Shown here: positions 24,642-37,191 of the stretch, piece by piece
Layout of the letters: the number at the start of each line of letters is the position of its first letter
Numbering within the stretch: position 1 is the first letter of the stretch
Origin: Seison nebaliae
Lineage: Eukaryota
NCBI GenBank assembly: GCA_023231475.1
Contig: JALJEE010001140.1
Span: forward strand, 1 to 48,196
Direction: 5' to 3'
DNA length: 48,196 nucleotides
Position numbers and translations under genes: made by a program
Notes under the pieces: generated by a model
Told to the model about the DNA's origin: nothing
Seen by the model: only the letters and a program-made list of their open reading frames with translations
Database searches by the model: none

Positions 24642-25420
24642 TCACTGACTGATCAGAGATGGAAGGTTAAACTCGTCATATCCGTTCGATTTCAGATTGT
24701 TGCACAGCTGCAAAAGAATAAGAGAATATTCACTCATAACATTTCCATTAGAAAACAAGAAAGTTAAGGAATTGGGAAAAGAGGAAAAGGGAAATAAATT
24801 TCCACTACAATGAATTAAGCAGAGTAATATTTTCAAACTAACACTATGCGCCCATCGGTAGAGATGTACATATTTCGTGGAATCGTTGAAGAAGTTGGAT
24901 CTCTGTTGAAATATAATAAGTTTCTTTTCCTTTGCCGCTTCTCCCCACGCACTAACGAGATGTTTATACAAATATATGAAGAGTAGAAGATCCAATGTGG
25001 TAATTGACTGATAGCAAAGATAAGTATTCGTTGCCAATTCAACGTTTAACCACTTGACACACAAGGAAGAGTAAAATGAAATGAGAAAATAATTTTATGA
25101 ACTTCCAATAATAATTGAATATTTTCATGCTCCTTCAACTCTTTCAACAACATCTCTCTCACCACATTCTTCATTTCATTATATTTTCGATTTCTATCGT
25201 CTCCTTCTTTCACATGTTGCGATGAAGAGGTTTGTTGCACTTGTCCTAACTCATCCAACAGATCGATCAAATTCATAAAACCGATAACTTTCCGTTCTTC
25301 TACTACTATCTCAGGAATTGAGAAACCAATTGATGTTCTCGATTGATAATTGAGAGGAGTTTGAACATTCGAATAATTCTTCTGAACGAAATGTTCGATA
25401 TGTGTCGACAATTGAGACAT
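24642..25420 (-). CDS. GST C-terminal-like protein resembling EEF1E1/AIMP3 (p18), 4 exons, about 179 aa
   Basis: Exons 25420-25103, 25052-24957, 24902-24843, 24707-24642. WLNVELATNTYLCYQSITTLDLLLFIYL...KYVHLYRW resembles LNSYLEDKVYLTGYNFTLADILLY...KYLNVSRW of EEF1E1, and the size is similar. Introns 2 and 3 are in frame, so they are less certain. Confidence 0.55.
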
Positions 25421-25615
25421 AGTTACAATTGACGGATACGATTGACGGATAAAATTTTAAAAGGAAGAAACTCTATAAAAAATAATGAAAGGAGAAAAGA
25501 AAAAAGGGAAATTTATATTAAAAATCATCGATATGATTTTCATTTATAAAAAAGTTTATTCGAATCATCATTCTCCCAATTGATAATGAGTGAAATAAAT
25601 CAATGAAAAAATGAA

Positions 25616-26254
25616 TCATTTACTCATTACACTTTTAGGTAATGTGGTTGTGCCACTTTCTCTCTTTTGAATGACGACATAATTGTAGAAACGTGCCATA
25701 TTCACTTCCGTCGTATTGATTTGTTCGCGAATATAATCTTCCGTTTTCGTCACTTCGCCAAGTCCCTTTTCAATCTTCTCGATATTCACCTTAATCATTG
25801 CATGTGCTTCATCTAACGTATGTTCTACCATAATATTGCAACCGAGCCAAATTCCCAAATTCTCATAATCTTCGATTTCTCCATCAACGAACACGTTCGA
25901 ACTTAAAGTGAATCGAGTCTTTAACGGTTTCTTTTCATAGTCTCCCGAACTTCGATCCGAACGATCTTCGTTTCTTTTCAGCATGAGATGTTCGATCATT
26001 TTCACTGATGATAAGAAATCTGGTAATTGATCCCTCAATTGAGCACGTCGTTTTCTTATCGATTCTTGCATTATCTTATATTTCTGATAAAGTTTCTGAT
26101 AAAGAATAAGAACACCATCTGCTTCCATTTCTTCTTTCTTCAAAAATGCTGCGACATCTTCGATGAATATGGATTTGGGAATACCTTGATGTTTAGGTAT
26201 TCCATCTGCATCCTTCTCTGGTGGAATTGTCAATTGATCAATCTTCTCATCCAT
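25616..26254 (-). CDS. VBP1: Prefoldin subunit 3, single exon, 212 aa
   Basis: GIPKSIFIEDV, YQKYKIM, IWLGCNIMVEHTLDEA, DYIREQINTTEVNMARFYNY. First ATG is at 26254 (the ORF track starts at a GTG). Confidence 0.93.
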   Translation of the reverse strand: MDEKIDQLTIPPEKDADGIPKHQGIPKSIFIEDVAAFLKKEEMEADGVLILYQKLYQKYKIMQESIRKRRAQLRDQLPDFLSSVKMIEHLMLKRNEDRSDRSSGDYEKKPLKTRFTLSSNVFVDGEIEDYENLGIWLGCNIMVEHTLDEAHAMIKVNIEKIEKGLGEVTKTEDYIREQINTTEVNMARFYNYVVIQKRESGTTTLPKSVMSK

Positions 26255-26754
26255 CACACATAGAGATGGTTCAATTACTTGTCTTTATTTATTTGAAGGA
26301 AGAGAAAAAGTGTGAGAGAGAAAGAAGGAAAAGGAAGAAAACTTGTTCATTGAAAAGAAATGAAATAATCGACGATTAAATTTTATCGAATTAATGAACG
26401 ATTATTATGAATAGATTTGAATTATTAGAGATGACGAACAATTACTTTGGAAACGATGTAAATGTGGAGAACAAATTAAATTTGAATAACAGCTAAACAT
26501 TTATCTTTTCAATTATCATTCTCTTTTTCCAATTCTTTCCAAATCAAATTATTTTCTTTTACTTTATCACTATTCCCACTTTTTCTAATTGTCGGTGTTT
26601 TCTGAAAATTTTTCTAATAGAAGAGATAAAACATAGAAATATTTTAAATATTTCTTTTATTTTCTTATAACAGATTTTATTTTTATGAATTCAATTCAGA
26701 TTTTCATGAGTAAATAAAATTTAGTTAAAGATTCATTTGAGTAAGTTGTTGAGA

Positions 26755-27575
26755 ATGACGAGGAAGCGAGGGGCGCTCATTGTGTTCGAAGGTGTAGACG
26801 GGTGTGGGAAGTCGACACAAATCAAAATGGTCCAGAAACGTTTGGGGGAAATGAATATTGGAACGAGACTTTTCACTTTTCCAGGTTACTAATTAGTGTG
26901 ACGAGAAAGGCGAGGAGGAATCACTAAAGAATTCGGAATTGAATTTCATATGTAGATCGATCGACATTGATCGGAAAGTTGTGTAATGATTATCTGAAGG
27001 GACAGTTGGAAGAGAAGATGTCCGATGAATTTGTCCATATGATTTTCAGTTTAAATCGACGAGAGAAAAAAGAGGAAATGATGAGACTATTGGAGAATGG
27101 CGAAACGATTCTTTGTGATCGATACGTCTATTCTGGATTAGTTTATTCGGCCGCTAAATCATCCGATCTCTCTGTCGACTGGTTAAGTGCCTGTGATGGA
27201 ACGTTACCGGAACCGGATTTGATCGTTTATTTGAAGATCAGTGTTGATGATTTAAAAGAGAATAATCGATTTAAGCAAGAAGAGATTGTCGAAACGGAAC
27301 AATTCCAACGGAAAGTTTATTTGAATTATGAGAAATTATTTCAGAAAAACAATTCATCAAAACTTTTAGTTATATCATCTTTTCTTCTTTCTCATTGACG
27401 TAATTTTCATTCATAAAAAACAAAATAACAGACAATAGACGGAAGAGACTCTCCTTCAAAAATTACTGATTTGATCGTGAAAGATGTGTACTCTCGTTTT
27501 CCGGTAATCGAAGAATCATCCATCTCCTTACTCACTTTAAATTGGCATCAATTGACGTCATCCCGCACCAAATGA
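26755..27575 (+). CDS. DTYMK: Thymidylate kinase, 3 exons, about 228 aa
   Basis: Exons 26755-26884, 26956-27368, 27432-27575. RGALIVFEGVDGCGKSTQ P-loop, FP|DRST.IG, CDRYVYSG, LPEPDL, L|TIDG. Confidence 0.95.
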
Positions 27576-28615
27576 CCAATAGAACTAAACGAACAATTCA
27601 ATTTCCTATGACGTCAAATATCTATTGTGATTCGTTTCATAAATATGAGACATTGAACAAATTATCTATTCCATTCTTTTTCTTTTTTGGGATTAAATTA
27701 TTAAAAGAATTTGAATTGAATCCAAATAAAATTTTGACATTCTCTTTTAATTTATTTTTTGAGTGATCCATTATCAATCGATCTGACTAGTCGCTAGAGT
27801 TGTGAGTTGTAGTGCTCAAAGAAAAGAGTAGATTATTTCTCCTTCTTTTTCTTCCTCTCTCCATTCAGAGAGAAAGAGAAGAATCCTATTAAAATATTAA
27901 TTTTCATTTTTTCCCTTCGAACATATTTATCGGTATTTGTCGAAGTCCAAAATCAAATCCAGAGAACATCTCCTAATTGATAATCGAACTGATGGTTCTT
28001 CTGAATTATAATCATTGTTATCAAGAACTAATTTCAAAAGATCGAAAGAGTAATGTTGATGAGTAGGTGAAGGGAAAAAAATACCAGGAAAAAAGGTTGT
28101 TATTAAGGAAGAAAGTTCTGTTCAGAATGAGAATTTGTGAGGAATTTTGTTGATTAGTAGTGGGGAGAAAAGTTGTAATGGGAAAGAAAGGAAAATATTT
28201 TATAATTGATAGATAAATTATGAGAATATTGACTATTACTGATCAATGGTCTGTTACGAAGTGTCTTAATAGGAATTTTCTGTAGCAATCATATAATAAA
28301 TCGTCACTCTCACCATTTATTCTTCATTCTACTCGTTTATTTGTTTGATTTGCAGAAAATTTTATTTATCTTCCAGTTTAAACCGAATTTCAATTAAGTC
28401 CACTCATCTCTGCGCTCATTCTATTGTGTTTTCTCACATTTCAAACTTCTTCATTTCCTGCATGACAACAACAATAACAGACAACAAATCGATAGGTGAT
28501 ATCTATCAATTGGGAATTGAGAATTTCAGTTAAAATCAAAAACATTTTCGGATAATCCAATTTAATTGTGAATAGACGATGCGTGCTATCGATATCGATT
28601 GCTCTCGAAATTCTA

Positions 28616-29626
28616 ATGATTTTCTATTTGGGAATAGGAAGACGTTCATACGACTCTTTTCATCAATATCTCACAATTGATTTCCATCAGTATCATCGTC
28701 TTTGTCTTCGTCGTCGATATTTTCATTCGAAGAACAATCGGATAAAATATTTTCATTATTTTCTTGTGCTTCTTCTCATTATCGTATTGAGCGGAATGAC
28801 ATTGGTGAGAATGACCACCACATTCAAACAATCAACTTTAATGAATTCTTCATCGAATTCTTCATCACAATCAATTATCGAACGATCACGTCGCGCCATA
28901 CAACAAAAGAAGAATAATACAAAAAAATTAAATTATTTTGTTAATCAATTCATTGATGAAATTTATTTAAATAACATTTCATTCATTCAATCCGCTTCAT
29001 CTCATATCGACATCAACAACTTCCTCCTGAAATATATTTCGCTGCGAACACAATTTATTGACTCGAAATATTTCCTACGGAAACCATATCTCTCCGTCAA
29101 TCGTGGTGAGCGATTCGTCTTAAAGTATCACAGTTTTTTTTCTCTTCAGTCAAATGATTTCCATTTCATAATTGTTTTAGAGAAACCGACGAAACGTTTC
29201 ACACGAATTCCAGTTACTATAACTCGCACGGACAATTCGGAAGTTCGAGGATTTTTTTTCGGAATACATAACGAAAATAAATTAATCTGTTTCGATTTGA
29301 ACGGTCATCTCTCTATACAAGTTCTTTTCATTTCCTCATGTTCATTCAGTTAAAGATTTCTTGTAAAATTTCGAAGAATTACGAACTAATCAAACGAACT
29401 CCCTTCATCGTGTTGTGCATGTGGAATGAAGAGAGACGGTTGGTAAAGAACATCGAACATTATCAATTCTCGTCGTTGTTTGATAAAGATCTTAAATTCT
29501 CTTTCATTCCCTCGAAATATTATTTGACATATCCCTCAATTCCATTGTACTCACTCCGTCAAAATTACACAAGAATTCATCAAATCGTCCAAGATGAATT
29601 GAAATATTTCTTCAATATATCATCAC

Positions 29627-29711
<85 letters not shown>

Positions 29712-30180
29712 TTCATCATCGTCATCATCATCTTCTTCTTCATCAACGTCATCATTATCATTATTGTCTTCATCAGTATTCAATCATCGACAAAGGAGGA
29801 ATCATTTGAAACGGAGGAATCATTCGAATGAAACAATTAATAATGAAAAATTAATCGGTCAACAGGAAAAATGGAAAAGAAATTCTCTTTATGAATTTAT
29901 TTGGGAATATGAGAAGAATTATGATTCGATTGTCCAATATTACGAGGAAAGAAAAAGGAAACGACCGAGAAGTTACAAATTATTCATTTGTCAAATTCCT
30001 CCAGACTTTCATCACATACTCAATCGACAACAAGTGATGGATCGTAAGAAGTTTTGTAAGAATATTGAAAATGTTGATAGAAAGCAATTATCAAAAGAAT
30101 CTCATCGAAAGAGGAGGAGGAGAAGGAGAATACTTTTTCAAACTCTCATCACTAATTATTGGCGATATTTTCATTTTTAA
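28616..30180 (+). CDS. Uncharacterised putative type II membrane protein with poly-Ser tract, 2 exons
   Basis: Two long ORFs join in phase 0 at acceptor CAG 29349, using donor GTT at 29321 (29-nt intron) or 29243 (107-nt intron). Basic N-terminus, hydrophobic YFLVLLLIIVLSGMTLV, RSRR motif. No family recognised. Confidence 0.55.
29620..29760 (+). repeat. (TCA)n trinucleotide repeat encoding poly-Ser
   Basis: About 27 uninterrupted TCA units (29629-29709) plus degenerate flanks. Confidence 0.95.
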
Positions 30181-30383
30181 ATATTTTACTTTTTTATTGT
30201 CTTGTATTCAATTCATTTTTTATTCGAAGCGAAATTCACTTTATTCCGTAAAATCATTCGCATTCCCATTCCTTTCAATTTCCCCTTTACAGATTTTATT
30301 ATAAGAAGTTTATTCTAGAAAAATTTCATTTAATTTTCAGTTATAAAATTTTCTGAAAAAAATCATCAATTCGATCATTAAAT

Positions 30384-32276
30384 TTATTCTGTGACATCAT
30401 TGTCATTCTCACAATCAGAATTCGACGAATAATCAGTTGATCCGTTCGTACAACCCGTGGTGTTCCACATTCTTTTTGATAGAGAATTTCCTTCTGATGA
30501 AGCAGTTGGTATCCCGATATTGGACGTATCAGTAACCGAAGCAGTTATGATACTCTTATTCGCACTATTACAATTGGACCAAACAGGAAGTCGAAGTGTA
30601 GACACTGGACTACCATTCTTTGGTGAGGCAGTTGATAATGACCGAGGACTTGATGTGTTTGGAATGGATTCCAATAAACAACTTAATGTTGGACTTGGTG
30701 ATCGATTGGAACAATCGTTTTCAGAGAAATTACAATTTCTTGAATGTCGCTGTTCACAAGAGTTAGAGTTAGATGAACAAGTAAGTGCATGAGGTGGAAT
30801 GTCACTCAATAATTTAATAAGTGATTCACTTAACCGTTTACTAGTGATGTTACTACAAGGCAATTCATTCGTGGGCAATTCATAAGTTGATTTCTCCATC
30901 AATTTACTCGATCTTCTTACTAGTCTAGTACTTGATGGTGGTTTCGGTATTTTACATTCAGAAAATTTAACTTGTTTACTTTTCGAAGTTTTACTATCCT
31001 TACTTCTTGACGATCTCTCTGATAATCGATCCGGTTTCAACAACGAATTTCGACAACGTTCCGTGTACAACATATTATTACTCATCTCCTTATCTTTACT
31101 CGATCTCATTTTATTCTTTTTCGATTCCTGTATAATCCGATTGAGCACTTGTTTCGCTTCTTCAATAGCAGCAGCCGTCGAACTTTCTTTACTATTTGTT
31201 GATACTCGTCTAACTTGTTCGTCCATTTCTTTCTTCGATTTGTTACTCGTCTCTAACAATTTTTCTTTGGCTTTCCCATATTTAACAATTTCGGCTGTAG
31301 TTGAATTTCTCCTTCTCGTTTTTTGTTTTTTTCGACTTCGACCTCTTGATTCGATTTCTGATTCAATTTTCTTTTCCGATTTTGGTTTCACTTTCAATTC
31401 CGTTTCCGATTTACTGATCTTATCAACTTGAACTTTAGTTATTTCTCTCAACTTAATACTCATATTACCTTTCGAATTTGAATCGTTCGATGTGGTTGCT
31501 TTCGGTTTACGACTAAATTTTGAAACACCACTGGATTTTGACGAATGACTAGGAGGAGGAGTTGTACTGGGTGTGGTGTGTTCACCATCAGTATTCCGAT
31601 TTCTTCTTCTACTTTCACCTCTCAATTGGATTGCCTGGAAGACTTGATTGACAGTGATGATGAAATAATTCTTCGCATTTAGACAACGATCCATGAATGA
31701 AATGTCGTCATAAAGATAAGATAGATCGGTCGTATAGAAAATGAGATGTCCAGTGAGAATTCCCAAGATCTCGGTGACAATTGGTTGTCCCAATAGAATC
31801 GGTACGATTAATAGGACACATTGTAAGTGTGAAGCGGTGAAGGTGAAAACTCCCATGAAACTGAGAACGACATCAGGATTACGACGACTCCAAATATACA
31901 TGAGCATTACATTGAATGCAGAATTGAGAAAGATGATTTGTAAAAGACCGGCAGCTATCAGCAGGACGAAACCACCAAACATACAAATGAATAGAAAATT
32001 GATTGACGATGCAGATTCCTCTTCCAGATATTGAGCGTACGGATAAGTAAAAATGATATGGAAAAGAAAGTGAATGTCAATCGATCCCACATAACAGAAT
32101 GATGTAACCAACCTCCAAGGTTCTTTCCAAGCAATGGAAGGAGTATAATAGAGTTGGAAGGGTGTACATATTTCCATTTGACATAACAATGCTAACAATG
32201 CCGAGAGAGTAATATACGTTCGAGTGACAGGAGGTAATCGAGTGTACGTCTCATAAACAACGTCAATTAATGACAT
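30384..32276 (-). CDS. Derlin-2/3-like protein with a long low-complexity C-terminal extension, about 630 aa
   Basis: LPPVTRTY, PFQLYY, EPWRLVTSFCY, YLEE, MYIWSRRNP, GILTGHLIFY match the DER1 family in the first ~190 aa. First ATG is at 32276. Confidence 0.85.
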   Translation of the reverse strand: MSLIDVVYETYTRLPPVTRTYITLSALLALLCQMEICTPFQLYYTPSIAWKEPWRLVTSFCYVGSIDIHFLFHIIFTYPYAQYLEEESASSINFLFICMFGGFVLLIAAGLLQIIFLNSAFNVMLMYIWSRRNPDVVLSFMGVFTFTASHLQCVLLIVPILLGQPIVTEILGILTGHLIFYTTDLSYLYDDISFMDRCLNAKNYFIITVNQVFQAIQLRGESRRRNRNTDGEHTTPSTTPPPSHSSKSSGVSKFSRKPKATTSNDSNSKGNMSIKLREITKVQVDKISKSETELKVKPKSEKKIESEIESRGRSRKKQKTRRRNSTTAEIVKYGKAKEKLLETSNKSKKEMDEQVRRVSTNSKESSTAAAIEEAKQVLNRIIQESKKNKMRSSKDKEMSNNMLYTERCRNSLLKPDRLSERSSRSKDSKTSKSKQVKFSECKIPKPPSSTRLVRRSSKLMEKSTYELPTNELPCSNITSKRLSESLIKLLSDIPPHALTCSSNSNSCEQRHSRNCNFSENDCSNRSPSPTLSCLLESIPNTSSPRSLSTASPKNGSPVSTLRLPVWSNCNSANKSIITASVTDTSNIGIPTASSEGNSLSKRMWNTTGCTNGSTDYSSNSDCENDNDVTE

Positions 32277-33028
32277 GATCGAATGAATGGAGAGATAATC
32301 GTTCGTTAAATGAGAGAAATTCCTTTCCACGAAATAAATCGAATGTTCGATATGATATTCCTTTCCAGTACAGCTGAAGAATAAGCTATTGATCTGCCAA
32401 GAATAGAACTGTCCGAAATGAATTAGTAGATGAAATGGAGTTGTTCACTATTCGAAACGATGACTCGAACAGTTCACTATAGAAAGAGACGATTTCAAAA
32501 TGAACAATTTGATGATTAGAAAAAAAATATCTAATAAACTAAAATAGAAATAGAAATTCGAAAGATGGAAGGAATCGTTTCCTTTTATTTATGTTCGAAA
32601 ATGAAATTATTCCAAAATCCATTTCTCCTTTCCAATTTTTCAATTTTTTCAATTTTTTCAATTTTGTTTCGTATTCTCTTTTTTCTATTTTCCAATCATC
32701 AAAACTAAATTTCTTTTGAAATCATCAACTTTTTCAATCAATTCCACTTTTACCAAAAAACAAAAAATTTTTATGAGAAACACATAAAATTTTTAAGAGA
32801 TACTTAAAGGAATTTTTGAGCAAAAAAAAGAAAATTTTTAAGATAAAATTAAAAGAACTGTCTATTTTTCTTTAAAAGAAAATTGGTAAGAAGTTTTAAT
32901 TTTTAAAATTTTGAAGATTCAACTAATTAAAATTAAGTTAATGAATGTTTTTATTAAAGAAACTTGTTTAATGGAATCTCGATAAATAATTTTGTGTTTA
33001 ACAATAATCGATAGAAGTCTACATGAAA

Positions 33029-35395
33029 TCATTTCTTCGATTCTTTCAATGAAACAATATGATTGAAAATTATTTTATCATTCTTCGATTCTTTATCAAT
33101 GGCAAAATATCCATTTCTTTCAAATTGATAAGTCGCTCGTTCTTTCAACGATGTGACGGCTTCATTTATTTTGACATTGTGAAATATTCGATGAGAATCC
33201 TTCTCACAATCATTGACGAATCCACCTTCTTCCTTTTCCGGTTGAGCATGTTTGAACAATCGTTCATACATATGAATCTCACAATTGCGAGCAGTCGATT
33301 GAGAAACCCAATGAATGAATCCTTTTGGTTTATTATCTGATGTTAATGGTTCGATTTCACAATGAATCTCTTCAATTTCTCCTTTTTCCTTCTCCTTCAC
33401 TTTCACTACTTTCATCAGAATATTTCCATATCGTAATCCCACGGGTTGTTTAGGACTGAGTCGTTTATAAGATTTATCAGTGGGATTCATTTGGAAATCA
33501 GCTCGTTCGATGAAAATATAATTTTTTTCAAATAAAATTTCATTTTTTTTCGGATTCTCCATATCGTCAGGAAATAATGGAACTTGAATAGTACGTGCAT
33601 TCTCTTGATTGAGTAATTTCACTTTCAACGGTTCGATTACACACATGGCTCTCGATGCCGTTAGATTGAGAACGTCGCGAATACATGCATCTAATTTTAT
33701 GGGATCGATAACCGTTTGAGACATAGTAATACCAGATAATTGAACGAATCGATTAATAGCGATGGAAGGAACACCACGTCGTTTAAGTGCAGCCAAAGTG
33801 AAGAGTCGTGGATCATCCCAATCATTTACAATGTTCTCTTCAATTAATTTTTGAATTTTCCGTTTAGATACAACAGAATAATTCAAATTGAGACGACCAT
33901 ATTCCCATTGGACTGGACAATAAAGATCGAGTGCATTACACAACCAATAATATGATGATCTTCTCGCTTGGAATTCTTTCGTACACAACGAATGAGTAAT
34001 ATCTTCAAATGAATCACAAAGACAATGTGTGAAATCATATGTTGGATATATACACCATTCATTACCAGTACGATGATGTGGTGAATATTTAACACGATAA
34101 CAAACCGGATCTTGTTTACCATCCTCTAAAGTATGTTTCATTCTTAATGTCGCTTCTCCTTCTTCCATTTTCCCCTTTTTCATCCCTTCGAATAATTCTA
34201 ACGATTCTTTTATCGGTCGTTCTCGCCATGGAGATGATGGTGGATTATGTCCCTTAATCTCATCACTCTTCTGATGACAGACATAAGCCAAATCTCGTTT
34301 AATTAATTCGATAGCACATTCATATAATCGAGGAAAATAATCAGATGCATGAGTCACTTTGTATGGAGTATAACCGAGCCAATTAACAGCATCTAAGATT
34401 CCATGAAAGAAACGTTCTTCTTCTTTCTCCGGATTCGTATCATCATATCGTAGGAATGTTATTCCATTATTCACTTTAGCAAAAGCGAAATTAATATTAA
34501 TCGCTTTGGCATGACCAACGTGAAGAATTCCATTGGGTTCTGGAGGGAATCTCGTACGAACTTGTCCTTTCGTCCTCTCCAAATGTTCTTTCAATAATTT
34601 CATCGTCATATCTGTTATCACATAACCATCAGTCTTATAATTCTCTCCCGTTTTATGGAATCTTGTCGCTTCTCCTGATTCGATGAAATTTCTCCATGAA
34701 TTCTCTTCATCCAAATCTTTCAATGTTAATCGATTTTCATTTTTTATTTCCATTTTTTTATCCGTCTGAAAAATTGTCGTTTTTTCCACTTTTTTCACTT
34801 TCTTCTTATTATTCATTTTCAAATCGTCATCCGTTTTCCCACCTAACAATAAATGAAGTTTCACATCTAATTCTCCCTTAATAATGCGTCCATTTGCCCA
34901 TTTTAATCGATTTCGAATTTCCGTCATTAATCGATTCGTATTAAATCGATATCTTTCTTCTAACAATTCCTTTTTATGGAATTCGATAACTTCCGTTACA
35001 ACATCATCAATCTCGTCAGCTGTTACTATTACTCCAACACCACATACTTTCTCGAAAGATGATACATCAATCTTTTCAACATTCTCTACATTCTCTCTCA
35101 TCAAATAATTGATTGCTTCCGTCAATTGTAATTCAGTCGATAATTTCCCTTCACCGATATATCGAGTAAGAAAGGAGAGGAATTGATGGAATTGTTTCTT
35201 CAATCGACTACCCAATTGATATAAGAGATTACTCTTCACTTTTTCAATTTTTCCATCATCATCCAAATGACGAGAGAATTCTCTTTCAAAAATTTCAATT
35301 AATTCTAAAAGAATTTTCGTTAAATTCTTATTTTTCACCGTTTCACTAATCTTCGAATTAGTGAGATGTAAACGATTCAATTTCTTTTCTGTCAT
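33029..35395 (-). CDS. QARS1: Glutaminyl-tRNA synthetase, single exon, 788 aa
   Basis: TRFPPEPNGILHVGHAKA (HIGH), YDDTNPEKEE, YPTYDFTHCLCDS, VSKRK (KMSKS), WDDPRLFTL, FERNGYF; eukaryotic N-terminal appended domain present. Confidence 0.98.
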   Translation of the reverse strand: MTEKKLNRLHLTNSKISETVKNKNLTKILLELIEIFEREFSRHLDDDGKIEKVKSNLLYQLGSRLKKQFHQFLSFLTRYIGEGKLSTELQLTEAINYLMRENVENVEKIDVSSFEKVCGVGVIVTADEIDDVVTEVIEFHKKELLEERYRFNTNRLMTEIRNRLKWANGRIIKGELDVKLHLLLGGKTDDDLKMNNKKKVKKVEKTTIFQTDKKMEIKNENRLTLKDLDEENSWRNFIESGEATRFHKTGENYKTDGYVITDMTMKLLKEHLERTKGQVRTRFPPEPNGILHVGHAKAININFAFAKVNNGITFLRYDDTNPEKEEERFFHGILDAVNWLGYTPYKVTHASDYFPRLYECAIELIKRDLAYVCHQKSDEIKGHNPPSSPWRERPIKESLELFEGMKKGKMEEGEATLRMKHTLEDGKQDPVCYRVKYSPHHRTGNEWCIYPTYDFTHCLCDSFEDITHSLCTKEFQARRSSYYWLCNALDLYCPVQWEYGRLNLNYSVVSKRKIQKLIEENIVNDWDDPRLFTLAALKRRGVPSIAINRFVQLSGITMSQTVIDPIKLDACIRDVLNLTASRAMCVIEPLKVKLLNQENARTIQVPLFPDDMENPKKNEILFEKNYIFIERADFQMNPTDKSYKRLSPKQPVGLRYGNILMKVVKVKEKEKGEIEEIHCEIEPLTSDNKPKGFIHWVSQSTARNCEIHMYERLFKHAQPEKEEGGFVNDCEKDSHRIFHNVKINEAVTSLKERATYQFERNGYFAIDKESKNDKIIFNHIVSLKESKK

Positions 35396-35648
35396 CGTGT
35401 CCGTGTTTTCTTGTTGCGCTTCACTTCAATTGACGAGCTAACCATTAAAATTATGTGAATTATTCCTACTTATTCAACAATCCTTTCTCATTCACCATTT
35501 TTTTCTTTCATTTTCAAAATCTCTCATTCTCATCTCCCTCTATTTATTTTAAGCAACTTTACTTTCTGGAAAGTTACTCCATTCCTCACACCCGATATTT
35601 GGACAAAGAGAAATCGACAAGAATTCTCCACGATTATTCAGTCGAACG

Positions 35649-37071
<1,423 letters not shown>

Positions 37072-37191
37072 TACTAATCAAAATTCATTTTTTCTCAATC
37101 GATTCTATTTCAATTTAATTTATATAATTCTTGCACAATAAAATTATTTTAGAACTTCCACTTCTTCAAATTCATTCATCCACAACAAATA

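Noticed and set aside
29580..29783. Poly-Asp ORF on the minus strand
   Set aside because: Antisense reading of the (TCA)n poly-Ser tract.
30457..35108. Antisense ORFs within the derlin and QARS genes
   Set aside because: Shadow frames of real genes with no independent motifs; the same applies to those in VPS53, DUF229 and the C3orf20-like gene.
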